From: Spirochaetaceae bacterium
GTDB lineage: Bacteria; Spirochaetota; Spirochaetia; DSM-2461
Assembly (NCBI GenBank): GCA_051531975.1
Contig: JAOPTT010000006.1
Span: 352,656-416,655 of the forward strand
Direction: 5' to 3'
DNA: 64,000 nucleotides
The notes below the pieces were generated by a model. That model was not told the origin of the DNA. It did not search any database and was given only the letters and a program-made list of their open reading frames with translations. A program made the position numbers and the translations under genes. Shown piece by piece: positions 32,725-43,672 of the stretch (the first letter of the stretch is position 1; every line of letters begins with the position of its first letter).

Positions 32725-33546
32725 CTAATTGATAAGTCTCTTTAATGAATCACTAGAAATTACTCCTGAGATTTTATTAAAATACCATTTGTTTTTTACC
32801 TTAGTAATTATAATTGTTGATGGAATTGTTTCTACTTCAAAATATTCTGATAGCAAATTTTTATTATCTAGATAGATTGGGAAATTTATATTGTATGAAT
32901 CTATAAATCCCTTTATATCAGCTTTTTCTGTATTTATTAAGTTAACTCCATAAAAATTTACATTTTTACCTTCCTCAGCATAAAAGCTTATCAAGTCTGG
33001 TATTTCAGCTTTACATGGAGGGCACCATGTAGCCCAAAAGTTTATGATAATTGGTTTACTTTCATCAAAATTTACGGAGGTAATTTCATTCTTCATATTT
33101 AGTATTGTTAATTCGCTGACTTCTAGTCTGTTTTTATCAGAAATTGAAGAGGGTTCAATATTATTAAAAATAATCAATATTGTAATAAAAAGAACAACAA
33201 CAATACTAGCAAATGAAATCAATTTTATATCTTCTCTATTCTTTAGAACTAATATGGTAAGATAAATAAGAGCACCTATGATTCCAGCAATCTCACCATA
33301 AATACCACCACTCATAAAAAGAAATGATGAGGGATCATCTATTATTGTTTTAAAATTAGAAATTATAGGAGTTAGTTTCCAAATTATAAATGTTAGAAAG
33401 ATAATATTTGATATTTTATTAATTATAAAACTTCTCTCTTTTTTATCTTTTAAATAAAATTGTAAAAAAATAACAGTTAGTAAAAAGGGTAATAAACTTG
33501 AAAAGAGAATTATAGGAACGTTTAGCCTTCCCAACGAAATAACCAT
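32725..33546 (-). CDS. TlpA/ResA-like thioredoxin with N-terminal multi-pass membrane domain
   Basis: About four TMs followed by NFWATWCPPC and cis-Pro TIP. Confidence 0.85.
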   Translation of the reverse strand: MVISLGRLNVPIILFSSLLPFLLTVIFLQFYLKDKKERSFIINKISNIIFLTFIIWKLTPIISNFKTIIDDPSSFLFMSGGIYGEIAGIIGALIYLTILVLKNREDIKLISFASIVVVLFITILIIFNNIEPSSISDKNRLEVSELTILNMKNEITSVNFDESKPIIINFWATWCPPCKAEIPDLISFYAEEGKNVNFYGVNLINTEKADIKGFIDSYNINFPIYLDNKNLLSEYFEVETIPSTIIITKVKNKWYFNKISGVISSDSLKRLIN

Positions 33547-33643
33547 ATTTTATTGCCTCTTTCTACATTATACATAATTTAATGTCCTCAAACTATGGTA
33601 AATATAATTAATTGTATTACAATTACCTCATAAGGGGATATCA

Positions 33644-34666
33644 ATGAAAGCTTTAGTAAAAAAAAGTCCTGGCGTAGGAATAAGTTTAGAAAATGTACCT
33701 ATACCAGAAATAGGTATTAATGATGTTCTAATTAAAATTTTGAAAACATCGATTTGTGGTACAGATGTTCATATATATAATTGGGATAGTTGGGCACAAA
33801 AAACTATTAAAACTCCTATGGTAATAGGTCATGAATTTGTTGGATCAATCGAAAAAATTGGTAGTAATGTTCATGATGTTCAAATTGGAGAGATAGTTAG
33901 TGGCGAAGGTCATGTTGTTTGTGGTGTATGTCGAAACTGTCGAGCTGGTAGAAGACATCTATGTAACTCTCCAAAAGGTATAGGAGTAAATAGAAATGGT
34001 GCATTTGCCGAGTATCTTGCAATACCAGTCTCTAATATATGGCATTGTAATCCAAAAATTGATATAGAGCTATTTAGTTGTTTTGACCCTTTAGGAAATG
34101 CAACCCACGCAGCTCTGTCATTTGATTTAGTTGGAGAAGATGTTCTAATAACTGGAGCTGGACCTATTGGACTAATGGCTATTGGAATTGCAAAAAAAAT
34201 AGGTGCTAGACATGTTGTCATATCAGATGTTAATCCATATAGATTAGAATTAGCAAAGAAGATGGGTGCTTCAGCTACAATTGATGTTAGAACACAGAGT
34301 ATTGAAGATGTAAAAAAAGAGTTAGGTATTCATGAAGGTTTTGATGTTGGTTTGGAAATGTCAGGCTCCCCTATTGCCTTTAAAGACATGATTAAGAATA
34401 TGTGTCATGGTGGTAAAGTTTCCATGCTTGGAATATTACCAGAAACAGCTATAGATTTTGAACAAGTAATATTTAACGGTTTAACTTTAAAAGGTATTTA
34501 TGGTAGAGAAATGTTTGAAACCTGGTATAAAATGTCTATGCTTATTGAAGGAGGGCTAGATATTAGTCCTATTATTACACATAGATTTCATTATACAGAT
34601 TATCAAAAAGGTTTTGATGTAATGAGATCTGGAAATTCTGGGAAAGTTATATTAGATTGGACATAA
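33644..34666 (+). CDS. tdh: L-threonine 3-dehydrogenase
   Basis: [40 protein letters not shown]; next to kbl. Confidence 0.96.
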   Translation: MKALVKKSPGVGISLENVPIPEIGINDVLIKILKTSICGTDVHIYNWDSWAQKTIKTPMVIGHEFVGSIEKIGSNVHDVQIGEIVSGEGHVVCGVCRNCRAGRRHLCNSPKGIGVNRNGAFAEYLAIPVSNIWHCNPKIDIELFSCFDPLGNATHAALSFDLVGEDVLITGAGPIGLMAIGIAKKIGARHVVISDVNPYRLELAKKMGASATIDVRTQSIEDVKKELGIHEGFDVGLEMSGSPIAFKDMIKNMCHGGKVSMLGILPETAIDFEQVIFNGLTLKGIYGREMFETWYKMSMLIEGGLDISPIITHRFHYTDYQKGFDVMRSGNSGKVILDWT

Positions 34667-34678
34667 GGAGTTTATTAA

Positions 34679-35863
34679 ATGTATAAAGATATAAAAAAAT
34701 ATATTGAAAATGAAATAAAAGAAATTAAATTAAATGGCATGTATAAAGATGAAAGAGTTTTAGCAAGTCCACAAGACGCTAATATAGTATTAGAAAATGG
34801 GAATAAAGTATTAAACTTTTGTTCAAATAATTATTTGGGTCTAGCTAATCATCCAGAAATAATTAAAGCAGCTAAGGATAGTTACGACTTGTCAGGATAT
34901 GGATTATCGTCTGTTCGATTTATTTGCGGTACACAGAAAGAGCATAAAATTTTAGAATCTAAAATATCAAACTTCCTAGAAACAGAAGATACTATACTGT
35001 ATAGCTCGTGTTTTGATGCAAATACAGGACTGTTTGAAACTTTATTATCTGCCCAAGATGCAATAATTAGTGATAGCTTAAATCATGCTAGTATTATAGA
35101 TGGCGTTAGGTTATGTAAGGCAAAACGATTTAGATATAAAAATTCAGATATGGCTGATCTTGAAAAAAAACTTATTGAGAGTCAAGATTGTAGGTTTAGA
35201 ATGATAGCTACCGATGGAGTTTTTTCAATGGATGGTTATATTGCTAGAGTAGATCAGATTTGTGATTTAGCAGAAAAATATGATGCTATAGTTATGGTTG
35301 ATGATTCCCACTCAGTTGGAGTTTTAGGTGATAGAGGCCGAGGAACTGCTGAATACTGGGGTGTTATGGATAGAGTGGATATTGTTACAGGAACGCTTGG
35401 TAAAGCTCTTGGTGGTGCTAGTGGTGGATATACTAGTGGACGCAAGGAAGTGATCGAGTTATTAAGACAAAGATCTAGACCTTATCTGTTTTCTAATAGT
35501 TTAGCTCCTGCAATAGTAAATACTTCTATAAAAGTATTTGATATATTATCAAAAACAACAAAGTACCACGATAAGCTTATGGAAAATTGTAGATATTTCA
35601 GGAAAGGTATTTCACAAATTGGTTTAAATGTTCTTTATGGAGAACACCCTATAATTCCAGTTATGTTAGGGGATGCAATTATAGCAAAAAGATTTTCTGA
35701 AGAATTATTAACTCGAGGTATATATGTTATAGGATTTAGTTATCCTGTAGTGCCAAAAGGTGAAGCTCGAATTAGAGTTCAAATTTCAGCAACACATAAC
35801 ATCGAGGATTTAGATTATACATTAAGTATGTTTAAAGAAGTTAAAGAGCTTTTAGAACTTTAA
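34679..35863 (+). CDS. kbl: Glycine C-acetyltransferase (2-amino-3-ketobutyrate CoA ligase)
   Basis: [40 protein letters not shown]. Confidence 0.96.
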   Translation: MYKDIKKYIENEIKEIKLNGMYKDERVLASPQDANIVLENGNKVLNFCSNNYLGLANHPEIIKAAKDSYDLSGYGLSSVRFICGTQKEHKILESKISNFLETEDTILYSSCFDANTGLFETLLSAQDAIISDSLNHASIIDGVRLCKAKRFRYKNSDMADLEKKLIESQDCRFRMIATDGVFSMDGYIARVDQICDLAEKYDAIVMVDDSHSVGVLGDRGRGTAEYWGVMDRVDIVTGTLGKALGGASGGYTSGRKEVIELLRQRSRPYLFSNSLAPAIVNTSIKVFDILSKTTKYHDKLMENCRYFRKGISQIGLNVLYGEHPIIPVMLGDAIIAKRFSEELLTRGIYVIGFSYPVVPKGEARIRVQISATHNIEDLDYTLSMFKEVKELLEL

Positions 35864-35944
35864 TTAAACCAATATATTTATCAAGGATTATGCCATGAAG
35901 ATTTGATTCAGAGATTCTAACCTTCACGGCATCATTATATTTAT

Positions 35945-35975
35945 AAAAAAAGCCTTCAGAATATCTGAAGGCTTT
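35945..35975 (-). terminator. Intrinsic terminator, probably bidirectional
   Basis: AAAGCCTTCAGA-ata-TCTGAAGGCTTT stem with A-run; a second imperfect hairpin at 35890-35932. Confidence 0.8.
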
Positions 35976-35993
35976 ATATGTTATTTAATGTGT

Positions 35994-36503
35994 TTATTTA
36001 ACTGATTTTTTACCGTTAAAAGTTGCAGTCTCATGCATAGTAAAAGAATCCATCATTTCTTGAGTTTTAAAGTAAATATCACCATCAACAGTAGATGATT
36101 TATCTAATTTAAATCCCATAGCTTCAACATAAACATCACCCTTAAAAGTTCCACCTGTGATTCTAAAGTTCTCACTTCGAACAATCATTTTAGGTGCAGT
36201 AAGTGTAAACTGAGCAGTTATTTTATGATCCTCATCTTGAGCATATAAAGCAAGTTTTCGATCAATTTTTTCTTTGTGAACAAACTCACCTTCAACAACA
36301 AAGTCTTTAGAAACTTCTACATCTTTAAGTGTAGCAGCTAACCAGAAACCTTTATCTGACATAGCTTTTGCTAATGATTTTCCGTTATTAACAATAGATG
36401 CTGTTGTTAAAGCATCTGTCTCGTTTTGACCATTAGCAAAAAGGCTAGAAACACAAGTAAGCATTGCAATTAATAATAATAATTGCTTTAAATTTTTTTT
36501 CAT
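35994..36503 (-). CDS. Exported protein with N-terminal flavinylation-type motif and beta-rich body
   Basis: Signal peptide ending FANGQNE, then DALTTAS; GTFKGDVYV and VDGDIYF beta repeats. Confidence 0.75.
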   Translation of the reverse strand: MKKNLKQLLLLIAMLTCVSSLFANGQNETDALTTASIVNNGKSLAKAMSDKGFWLAATLKDVEVSKDFVVEGEFVHKEKIDRKLALYAQDEDHKITAQFTLTAPKMIVRSENFRITGGTFKGDVYVEAMGFKLDKSSTVDGDIYFKTQEMMDSFTMHETATFNGKKSVK

Positions 36504-36684
36504 AAATTATTCTCCTTTATTAATGAAAACTAAATACATTATAATATATAATTATATAAAAACAAATATAAAAATAATAATTCCTACTAATTTTATGTGA
36601 TAAGTAGTTACATAGTAAAACTAATGACGCATTAAATAGTTAATAAAACAAAATTTCATTCAGATAAAGCATATGTTTATCATT

Positions 36685-37662
36685 TTAATAAAGTCTTTCT
36701 AATAACTTTGGAACAATATCAAGTAGTTCTCTTTTAGCACTACTTTCTGGTAACCGATTAATAACAGTTATTGATCGGTTATTATATCTTATAGCTAATG
36801 TTCTAGTTTTATCTATAGCACCACTTTTTTTAATTAACTCAATAATATTATTAACATTATCTTTAGTAATACCTTTTTTGAAAAGATCATTAATTTCTTG
36901 TTTATATTTAGAATCATCTCTTAATGCAAATATTACAGGCATACTGTAATAGCCTCTTAATAAATCAGATTTCAAATTCTTTCCTACAGTAATTTCATCA
37001 CCAGTAAAGTCTAATAAATCATCCACAATTTGAAATGACATACCTAATTGATAACCTGCATGTGCTAATCGCTTAATTGTTTTTTTATTAGACTTAGTTA
37101 TATATGCTCCAGCACTTAAAGCAATTGCAAATAGTGCTGCAGTTTTACCAGAAACAATTCTAAGATACCCCATAGGAGTTATATTTGTATCATATTTATG
37201 ACTATACTGAGATATTTCACCTAAACAAATTCTACTCACTACTTTAGCCAATGCTACAGCTAAATCCTTAGGAATTTGAAGCTCTGTTAAAAGTAAAAAA
37301 CATTTGCTTAAAAGATAATCACCCATATATATAGCATAATCTTTTGAATATTTAGATTGTATCGACTCTTGACCTCTACGTTTATCTGCATCATCAATTA
37401 CATCATCATGTAATAATGTTGCAACGTGTAGAGTCTCTAGAGCCGTTGCTAGTTCAATTAAATCAGAGCTTTTATCTTTTTCTTTACCAAAATGGCTACC
37501 TATTAGAAGCATAGCAGGTCTTAACATTTTACCACTGCTTAATAATAGATAATCTAAAGAACCGTTAAGGTAATTATTACCAGATTTTAGATTATTAGCC
37601 ATATTGGTTTTAACTTCTTTTAATTGGTTTTGAATAAGTTCATTTGTAAACCATTTAGACAT
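36685..37662 (-). CDS. Polyprenyl diphosphate synthase (HepT/IspB-like)
   Basis: GKMLRP, LLHDDVID..KRRG, GKTA, FQIVDDLLD; start placed at ATG 37662. Confidence 0.92.
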   Translation of the reverse strand: MSKWFTNELIQNQLKEVKTNMANNLKSGNNYLNGSLDYLLLSSGKMLRPAMLLIGSHFGKEKDKSSDLIELATALETLHVATLLHDDVIDDADKRRGQESIQSKYSKDYAIYMGDYLLSKCFLLLTELQIPKDLAVALAKVVSRICLGEISQYSHKYDTNITPMGYLRIVSGKTAALFAIALSAGAYITKSNKKTIKRLAHAGYQLGMSFQIVDDLLDFTGDEITVGKNLKSDLLRGYYSMPVIFALRDDSKYKQEINDLFKKGITKDNVNNIIELIKKSGAIDKTRTLAIRYNNRSITVINRLPESSAKRELLDIVPKLLERLY

Positions 37663-37678
37663 TTCACCACCATTTTTA

Positions 37679-39514
37679 TCAGTCAGTATATAGATACCAC
37701 TTTTTAACAAATTTTAATTTTCTCCATCTTTTACTTAAGAATGGTAGTACATAATAATCTAAACCAAATGTTGATCCACTTCCGCCAATTGTTGCAATAC
37801 CAGCAGCTATAAACCATAACATTTCTGGAGGTGCCATTCCTGAAACCCAAATCATTCCACCCATGATTACAGAACCTATTGATGCTACAGCAGAAAATAG
37901 ACCACCAAGTAGACATAGTCCAATTATCATTTCAGCAATTATCATAATTCCTTGGAAAATTGCGGCCAAAGCTGTAAATTCACCATTGTAATAATAAAAT
38001 ACAAGACCCATAGACCACTCTACAATCTCTGTAATAAAATATGGTACTGGAAGAGGTTCTGCCCAAACAACACCCTCTTCTAATAAAGATGCTCCTGCTG
38101 TTGCAAGCCTTGAAGGTAATAAAAATACATGACTAGGATCTTCTATCATTCTTAGAAATTTTTGCCAACCTTCTAAGAACCACATACCACCTAAAAACAT
38201 TCGAAGTGGAACTAACCAAAAGTTAGGAGATCGTTTTGCAAAATATCCACCTAAGAAACTTCTACGGTCTTCAACATGGAAAAACTCATGCATCCAGTAA
38301 GTCCATAATTTATGGAATCCTGCTACTTGCATAAAATATACAAAGTTTACAAAGTGTTTAACAAACATAGCAAGAAATCCAGAAAGTACATATTGGTGTT
38401 TTTTTGTATTTACTTGAGCAACACCATAACGACCACCTATACATACCATTGCACCATGGAATTCAGGTTTATATGATTTTAAGTCACCTTCATTAATTGT
38501 AGATATAATATTTTTTGATACCGTAGTTGCTGAATGTTCTGCATTTTCTACCATTTGAGGAACTGGACGTTCTTCTCCTTCAGGAATATAGAATACATTA
38601 TCTCCAACAATAAAAACGTCTTCTTTGCCTTTAGCTCTTAAAAATTCATCGGTTTGAACTCTATTTCGACCTAGTTTTTCAATATTTTTATCATCTATAG
38701 CGTTCATAATATCTGAACCTTCTACACCGGCAGCCCAAATTACTGTATTGGAATCAATTTTACCTGCTCCACTAATCTCAATATAGTCAGGTTCTACACC
38801 TTCTATTGTAGAGTTCAACATTATTTCAACTTTCATTTTTAATAATCTTTTAGTTGTTTTATCAATTAATCGATCATCAAAATTAGGTAATACTTTTGGT
38901 AATAAATCAGCTACAATTAATCTTACTTCTTTTTCTGGTATTGTAAATGTATGACATAGTCTCTCACGCCATTCAGCAAGTTCACCAATCATTTCGATTC
39001 CTGTAAAACCACAACCAATAACAACAAATGTTAAAAGTCTTTTACGAACAAATGGATCTGTTTCAACACTTGCTTTTCCAAAAACTTCCCACATATGATG
39101 TTTTATTTTTACAGCATCCTCATAGGACCATAATGTAAAAGCATTTTCTTCTGCACCTTTAGTACCATAAAATGTAGGTTTAGATCCTGTTCCTAAGACT
39201 AGATAGTCGTATTTAGTACATGTAACTTTTCCATCTAATACCTTTCTATCAAAATCAATAGAATGAATATCGTCTAATATAACGTCTACATTTCTACCAG
39301 CAAATACTTTGTCGAAATTTATTCGTACAGCATCTTCTGGTATTCTACCTGCAGCAACTTCGTGTAGTTCAGTTAACATTGTATGGTAATTATTTTTATC
39401 TATAAGAGTTATTTTTACTTTTTTAGGGTCCTTAAATTTCTTAGCTAATTTTTTTGCAGTAAGGATTCCACCATAACCACCACCAAGAACAACAATATGT
39501 TTTGCTTGATCCAT
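37679..39514 (-). CDS. ndh: Type II NADH dehydrogenase with C-terminal membrane domain
   Basis: GGGYGG, GCGFTGIE, WAAG, GD motifs; about 180-aa tail (LRMFLG.MW..EG..K) with several TMs. Confidence 0.9.
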   Translation of the reverse strand: MDQAKHIVVLGGGYGGILTAKKLAKKFKDPKKVKITLIDKNNYHTMLTELHEVAAGRIPEDAVRINFDKVFAGRNVDVILDDIHSIDFDRKVLDGKVTCTKYDYLVLGTGSKPTFYGTKGAEENAFTLWSYEDAVKIKHHMWEVFGKASVETDPFVRKRLLTFVVIGCGFTGIEMIGELAEWRERLCHTFTIPEKEVRLIVADLLPKVLPNFDDRLIDKTTKRLLKMKVEIMLNSTIEGVEPDYIEISGAGKIDSNTVIWAAGVEGSDIMNAIDDKNIEKLGRNRVQTDEFLRAKGKEDVFIVGDNVFYIPEGEERPVPQMVENAEHSATTVSKNIISTINEGDLKSYKPEFHGAMVCIGGRYGVAQVNTKKHQYVLSGFLAMFVKHFVNFVYFMQVAGFHKLWTYWMHEFFHVEDRRSFLGGYFAKRSPNFWLVPLRMFLGGMWFLEGWQKFLRMIEDPSHVFLLPSRLATAGASLLEEGVVWAEPLPVPYFITEIVEWSMGLVFYYYNGEFTALAAIFQGIMIIAEMIIGLCLLGGLFSAVASIGSVIMGGMIWVSGMAPPEMLWFIAAGIATIGGSGSTFGLDYYVLPFLSKRWRKLKFVKKWYLYTD

Positions 39515-39527
39515 TCTATAATCTCCT

Positions 39528-40535
39528 TTATTTTACATTAAGTTTAAATGACGAATCAGTTAACTTAAAATCATTTTTTATCTTTTCTGAAATATATATA
39601 TCTTTATTTTTTGTGACATATATTAATGATACTCCACCTATTTCTTCTGCTAACTTAAATCCCTTATCAATATCCATTGAAAAGAAAATAGTAGATAAAG
39701 CATCAGCATCCATACTTGATTTGGTTATTACAGATATAGAGGATATATCAGTAATAACTGGGTATCCAGTTTTAGTATCAAATATATGATGATATCTCTG
39801 ACCATCTAATTCAAAAAACCTTTCATAATCTCCACTTGAAACAACAGTACTATCTTTTAAACTTATTATTCCAATATAACTATTTCTTTCATCAAAGGGA
39901 TCCTGAATACCTACATTAAATGGTTTATTACCTTTTTTTTCTCCTAAAACTAATATGTTTCCACCAATATTAATTATGGCACTTGTTACACCATTAGATT
40001 CTAATAAAAGTTTTAATTGATCTGCTGCATAGCCTTTCGCAATACCACCTAAATCAAGAGACATTCCTAAAGGTATAAAAACTGTGTCTTTATCTAGTAT
40101 AATTTTTTTATAATCAATCATTGGTAAAACTTCATTTATTTGCTTTTGATCTGGAACCACTGTTCCACCTTTACCAATATTCCATAATTTCACTAATGGT
40201 TCAATTGATATATCAAAAATACCCTCAGATAATTCACCATAAAAAATACCTTTAGTTATAACATTCATGGTATCGGTAGATATTTGAACCTTTTTCACTC
40301 CTGCATTTATATTAATAAGAGATATATCACTACTTTCTATAGAAGTTGACATATTCTTTTCAAATTCATCTAATAACTCAAAACATTCTTTTAATAAATC
40401 TTTTGAGCCATGATCTTTTATACTAATAGATACCACTGTACCTAATACAAAATAACTTTCTTCATATGAATCATTTTTACTACAACTAGAAAAAAAAATT
40501 GCAATTATGAATAAATATATAATATTTTTTTTCAT
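39528..40535 (-). CDS. apbE: FAD:protein FMN transferase lipoprotein (ApbE/FmnB)
   Basis: Lipobox FSSC; DLGGIAKGYAAD, SSGDYER, YHHIFD..TGYP, DADALST. Confidence 0.95.
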   Translation of the reverse strand: MKKNIIYLFIIAIFFSSCSKNDSYEESYFVLGTVVSISIKDHGSKDLLKECFELLDEFEKNMSTSIESSDISLININAGVKKVQISTDTMNVITKGIFYGELSEGIFDISIEPLVKLWNIGKGGTVVPDQKQINEVLPMIDYKKIILDKDTVFIPLGMSLDLGGIAKGYAADQLKLLLESNGVTSAIINIGGNILVLGEKKGNKPFNVGIQDPFDERNSYIGIISLKDSTVVSSGDYERFFELDGQRYHHIFDTKTGYPVITDISSISVITKSSMDADALSTIFFSMDIDKGFKLAEEIGGVSLIYVTKNKDIYISEKIKNDFKLTDSSFKLNVK

Positions 40536-40757
40536 GCTTCATAATATACTTAATTATATTGGATGTCACTATTATAATCCTACAAATTGAGTCTGATATA
40601 AATAGAGATTTCATCTATCAATCTTTCTTTAATAAATTCATCAATTGATGATAATTTTTACTCTAATTACAATTTTTTATTACATTATTATTAACAAAGT
40701 AATTTGATCAAAAACTCTTGATTTATCATTCAGGGAAAAGTTATGTTATAAAAGCTT

Positions 40758-41213
40758 ATGAAAATATTTTTATTAACACACTTAAAAGAATTATCCAGAA
40801 AAACAGGAACAGGTAAAATTGCTAAATCAATATTAAATAATTCATGCAATATTATTTTATGGAAAAGAAAAGAACCACCTTCAGAAATAATAGATCTCGA
40901 TCCTAATAATACAGTACTTGTTTATCCAGGAGATGAGGATGAATGTGAAAATATCGAAAACATTACAAATTTCATATTACTTGATGGTACATGGCAGGAA
41001 TCAAATAAGATATATAATAAAAGCCCCTATTTAAAAAACTTTAAATCTATAAAATTAGATAGTTCAATCATTTCAGAATATGCTCTTCGACGGAACCAAA
41101 AAGGTTTTGGTCTTTGTACTATTGAATCAATAATTGAAATATATAAATTAAAAGAAGATCAAAAAGTAGTTTTAGAACTTAAAGAAGCCTTTTATACATT
41201 CAATAAAAACTAA
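40758..41213 (+). CDS. DTW-domain tRNA-uridine aminocarboxypropyltransferase-like protein
   Basis: THxKE...TGTG, LLDGTW, YALRR, LCTIE. Confidence 0.85.
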   Translation: MKIFLLTHLKELSRKTGTGKIAKSILNNSCNIILWKRKEPPSEIIDLDPNNTVLVYPGDEDECENIENITNFILLDGTWQESNKIYNKSPYLKNFKSIKLDSSIISEYALRRNQKGFGLCTIESIIEIYKLKEDQKVVLELKEAFYTFNKN

Positions 41214-41224
41214 TAATTTTATGA

Positions 41225-43672
41225 CTATTTTAACCAAAATGGTAATTTACTATTAAGATTAACGAAAGGGGTGTAAATCTGTGCTCTCCACTTTTCATTT
41301 GTTAATCTATCATCTATAGGATGTTGAAATTCATAATAACTAAATGTATATCCAGTTGCTATTCTTTTACCACCATGCTCATCATTTAATGCTACAAACA
41401 TCCTTTTAGGCAAACCTGTTCCTATTTCCAGTACTTTGCCCTCGTCTAACTGTGTGAATACATCGGCTATTATTGGCATTTCTGATTGTTCACCGATTTT
41501 AGATGAAATTATATCAGCTAATATATTGGGCACTTCAGAAATATAATCATTTTGATTATTAGAAATTGGAGAATTAGTTAACTCTAGATTAACAATTTCA
41601 GTTAAGTTTGTTACCACCTCTTGTAATCTAGAAAATTTAATAATATATATTGGATTTGATTCTATCAATATTGAATAGTTATGGATTTCAGTTATTAAAA
41701 TATTTAATGTTTTAAAGAACTCTATGTTGGGTTCCACAAAATGAATAGGTCTTGGATAAAGGATCGTATCAAAGGTTAATAGCTCTTCTGGTTCAAAGCT
41801 TGTTAATGACATTACTTGTTTTACATATAAGATTGTATCATGCCTTAATTCTGCCCATGAGCCGTGAGCTGATAACAATGATTTTTTATTCCATCTACCT
41901 TTCTCTGTAAAATAGAAAGAGGAGTTCTGCTCAAATTGAGTTAGTTGTTTTATCAGTTCTAAATTTCTACTGTAATATGATTTAGACCATAATAGGTCCG
42001 ATGAATCTGTATATTTTAATAGTTCATCGGAAATTATACTTTTATATTCTTCCCAGTATATTTTATCCTTTGAACTTTGTGTTAATAGATTAAAAGCAGT
42101 TTTGCTACCAAATGCAGCCATAATATCTAAACCGCTAACCCAAGATCTACCACTTAATTTTGGTACTGATAATTTTGAATGAATATCTGAATCAATTGTA
42201 AATCTTGAACCAAACAATCTAAAATTATTAGATTTACCTTTAAAAGTATCCGATTTCAGGAAATCTACAATCTTTATATCATCTAGTATTTCTTTTGGTA
42301 ATAGATTCAAAGTGTCATAAAAACTAAGATCTGCAGACTCCCCTATTAAATATGTTATTGGATCAAATAATGATTTCCATAAATTATGTAATTCATCACT
42401 TTCTATTAACATATTATTTAAAACGATGGCCATTTTAGTATTTAAAATATCTAGATCTGTTGGGACTTTATTCTTTTCTACCTTTAAAGTCATGTTTGTC
42501 TGTGCAAACCAAACCATAGTTAAAAAATATGCTTTTAGTTCATCACTTTTTGTATAATGTCCTCTTGGAATATATTTTGAATAATCCTGGTTATACTTTA
42601 AAACTGGGGATAATTGTGGTTTTGCATGGTTTATAATAAGATTGTACTCTTCTATTATTTCCCTAGATTCATTTTTTAATAGATCATTATTAACATTATC
42701 CTCTGAACTATAGTTTAGTAATAATTTAGGAATATTAAAATAATTTAACATATATTGGCTTAATTCAGATTCAAGTTCTAAGTTTGATATTGAATCTATA
42801 AATCTATCTATAAATATTTCTAATTTTGGAATCATGTTAATTTCTTCTGATTGTAAAAAGTTATTAAATAAAATGTGCTGGGTATGAGTTAATAGATCAG
42901 TTGTTAAAAAAATTGAATTATCTCTTTGTTTACTATCTTTTTGATAAATGGAAACCATATCATCTGGACTTGTAGCTGTTATTTCATATTCTGATGGTTG
43001 AATAGTTTGAAATATTATTCTATTAAGTTCAATATCTTGTTGTTGTAATTGGTTTAATATGTAATTTCCATTATATGGGGTAAAAAAACTACTCTTTATA
43101 TCTTTTGTATAATTGAATGATGTTTTAGTTGCTTTTTTAAGGTCATCATAAAATATTAAATTTGCCCCCCATACTAAACCTTTAATTTTGTTATAGTTGG
43201 TAACATAAAAATAGTTAGTATCTTTTTTAAACTGAAAATGATCATTCCATATCTCGCCTTCAATACGCACTTCAGATTCTATAGGTATAATAGTTCCAAT
43301 AGGAATGTCTGAAATATGTTTTAATTTTTTTAGATCTGAGTTTGAATATAAATCAATTTCATCATATAAACTAACACCATTATTTGCTACAACGGCATAT
43401 TTAATTGCTACTAGTTTAGATTCTTCTATATTTTTAAATACTAAATCATCATATTTTGATTCACCTATATTGAGATCAAAAATTAATTCAGGTTTTATTA
43501 CTTCTTTAGGCTTCTCTTCTAAAATAGCAATAGCCTTTTCTTCTATCACTTCATCAGATAAAATATTGATATCAACTATATCTTTTATTAATTCATCATT
43601 TTTATTACAAGAAACAATTATTATGCATAATAATATTACTACGATTATTTTTTTCATGTTGTATTTAATCAT
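41225..43672 (-). CDS. DUF3160-family lipoprotein
   Basis: Lipobox IVSC; DYS..PRGHYT, SWAELRHDTILYVKQ, VEP, IADV, SYYEF..RLT.E.W. Confidence 0.85.
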   Translation of the reverse strand: MIKYNMKKIIVVILLCIIIVSCNKNDELIKDIVDINILSDEVIEEKAIAILEEKPKEVIKPELIFDLNIGESKYDDLVFKNIEESKLVAIKYAVVANNGVSLYDEIDLYSNSDLKKLKHISDIPIGTIIPIESEVRIEGEIWNDHFQFKKDTNYFYVTNYNKIKGLVWGANLIFYDDLKKATKTSFNYTKDIKSSFFTPYNGNYILNQLQQQDIELNRIIFQTIQPSEYEITATSPDDMVSIYQKDSKQRDNSIFLTTDLLTHTQHILFNNFLQSEEINMIPKLEIFIDRFIDSISNLELESELSQYMLNYFNIPKLLLNYSSEDNVNNDLLKNESREIIEEYNLIINHAKPQLSPVLKYNQDYSKYIPRGHYTKSDELKAYFLTMVWFAQTNMTLKVEKNKVPTDLDILNTKMAIVLNNMLIESDELHNLWKSLFDPITYLIGESADLSFYDTLNLLPKEILDDIKIVDFLKSDTFKGKSNNFRLFGSRFTIDSDIHSKLSVPKLSGRSWVSGLDIMAAFGSKTAFNLLTQSSKDKIYWEEYKSIISDELLKYTDSSDLLWSKSYYSRNLELIKQLTQFEQNSSFYFTEKGRWNKKSLLSAHGSWAELRHDTILYVKQVMSLTSFEPEELLTFDTILYPRPIHFVEPNIEFFKTLNILITEIHNYSILIESNPIYIIKFSRLQEVVTNLTEIVNLELTNSPISNNQNDYISEVPNILADIISSKIGEQSEMPIIADVFTQLDEGKVLEIGTGLPKRMFVALNDEHGGKRIATGYTFSYYEFQHPIDDRLTNEKWRAQIYTPFVNLNSKLPFWLK

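Noticed and set aside
35890..35932. attC site or REP element for long-loop inverted repeats (also 32653-32693)
   Set aside because: The two hairpins share no sequence, lack paired RYYYAAC/GTTRRRY ends and no integrase is present; both lie between convergent genes like terminators
36594..36614. TATGTGA-N7-TTACATA palindrome upstream of the 169-aa exported protein
   Set aside because: Imperfect and spacing fits neither CRP nor Rex; could be chance
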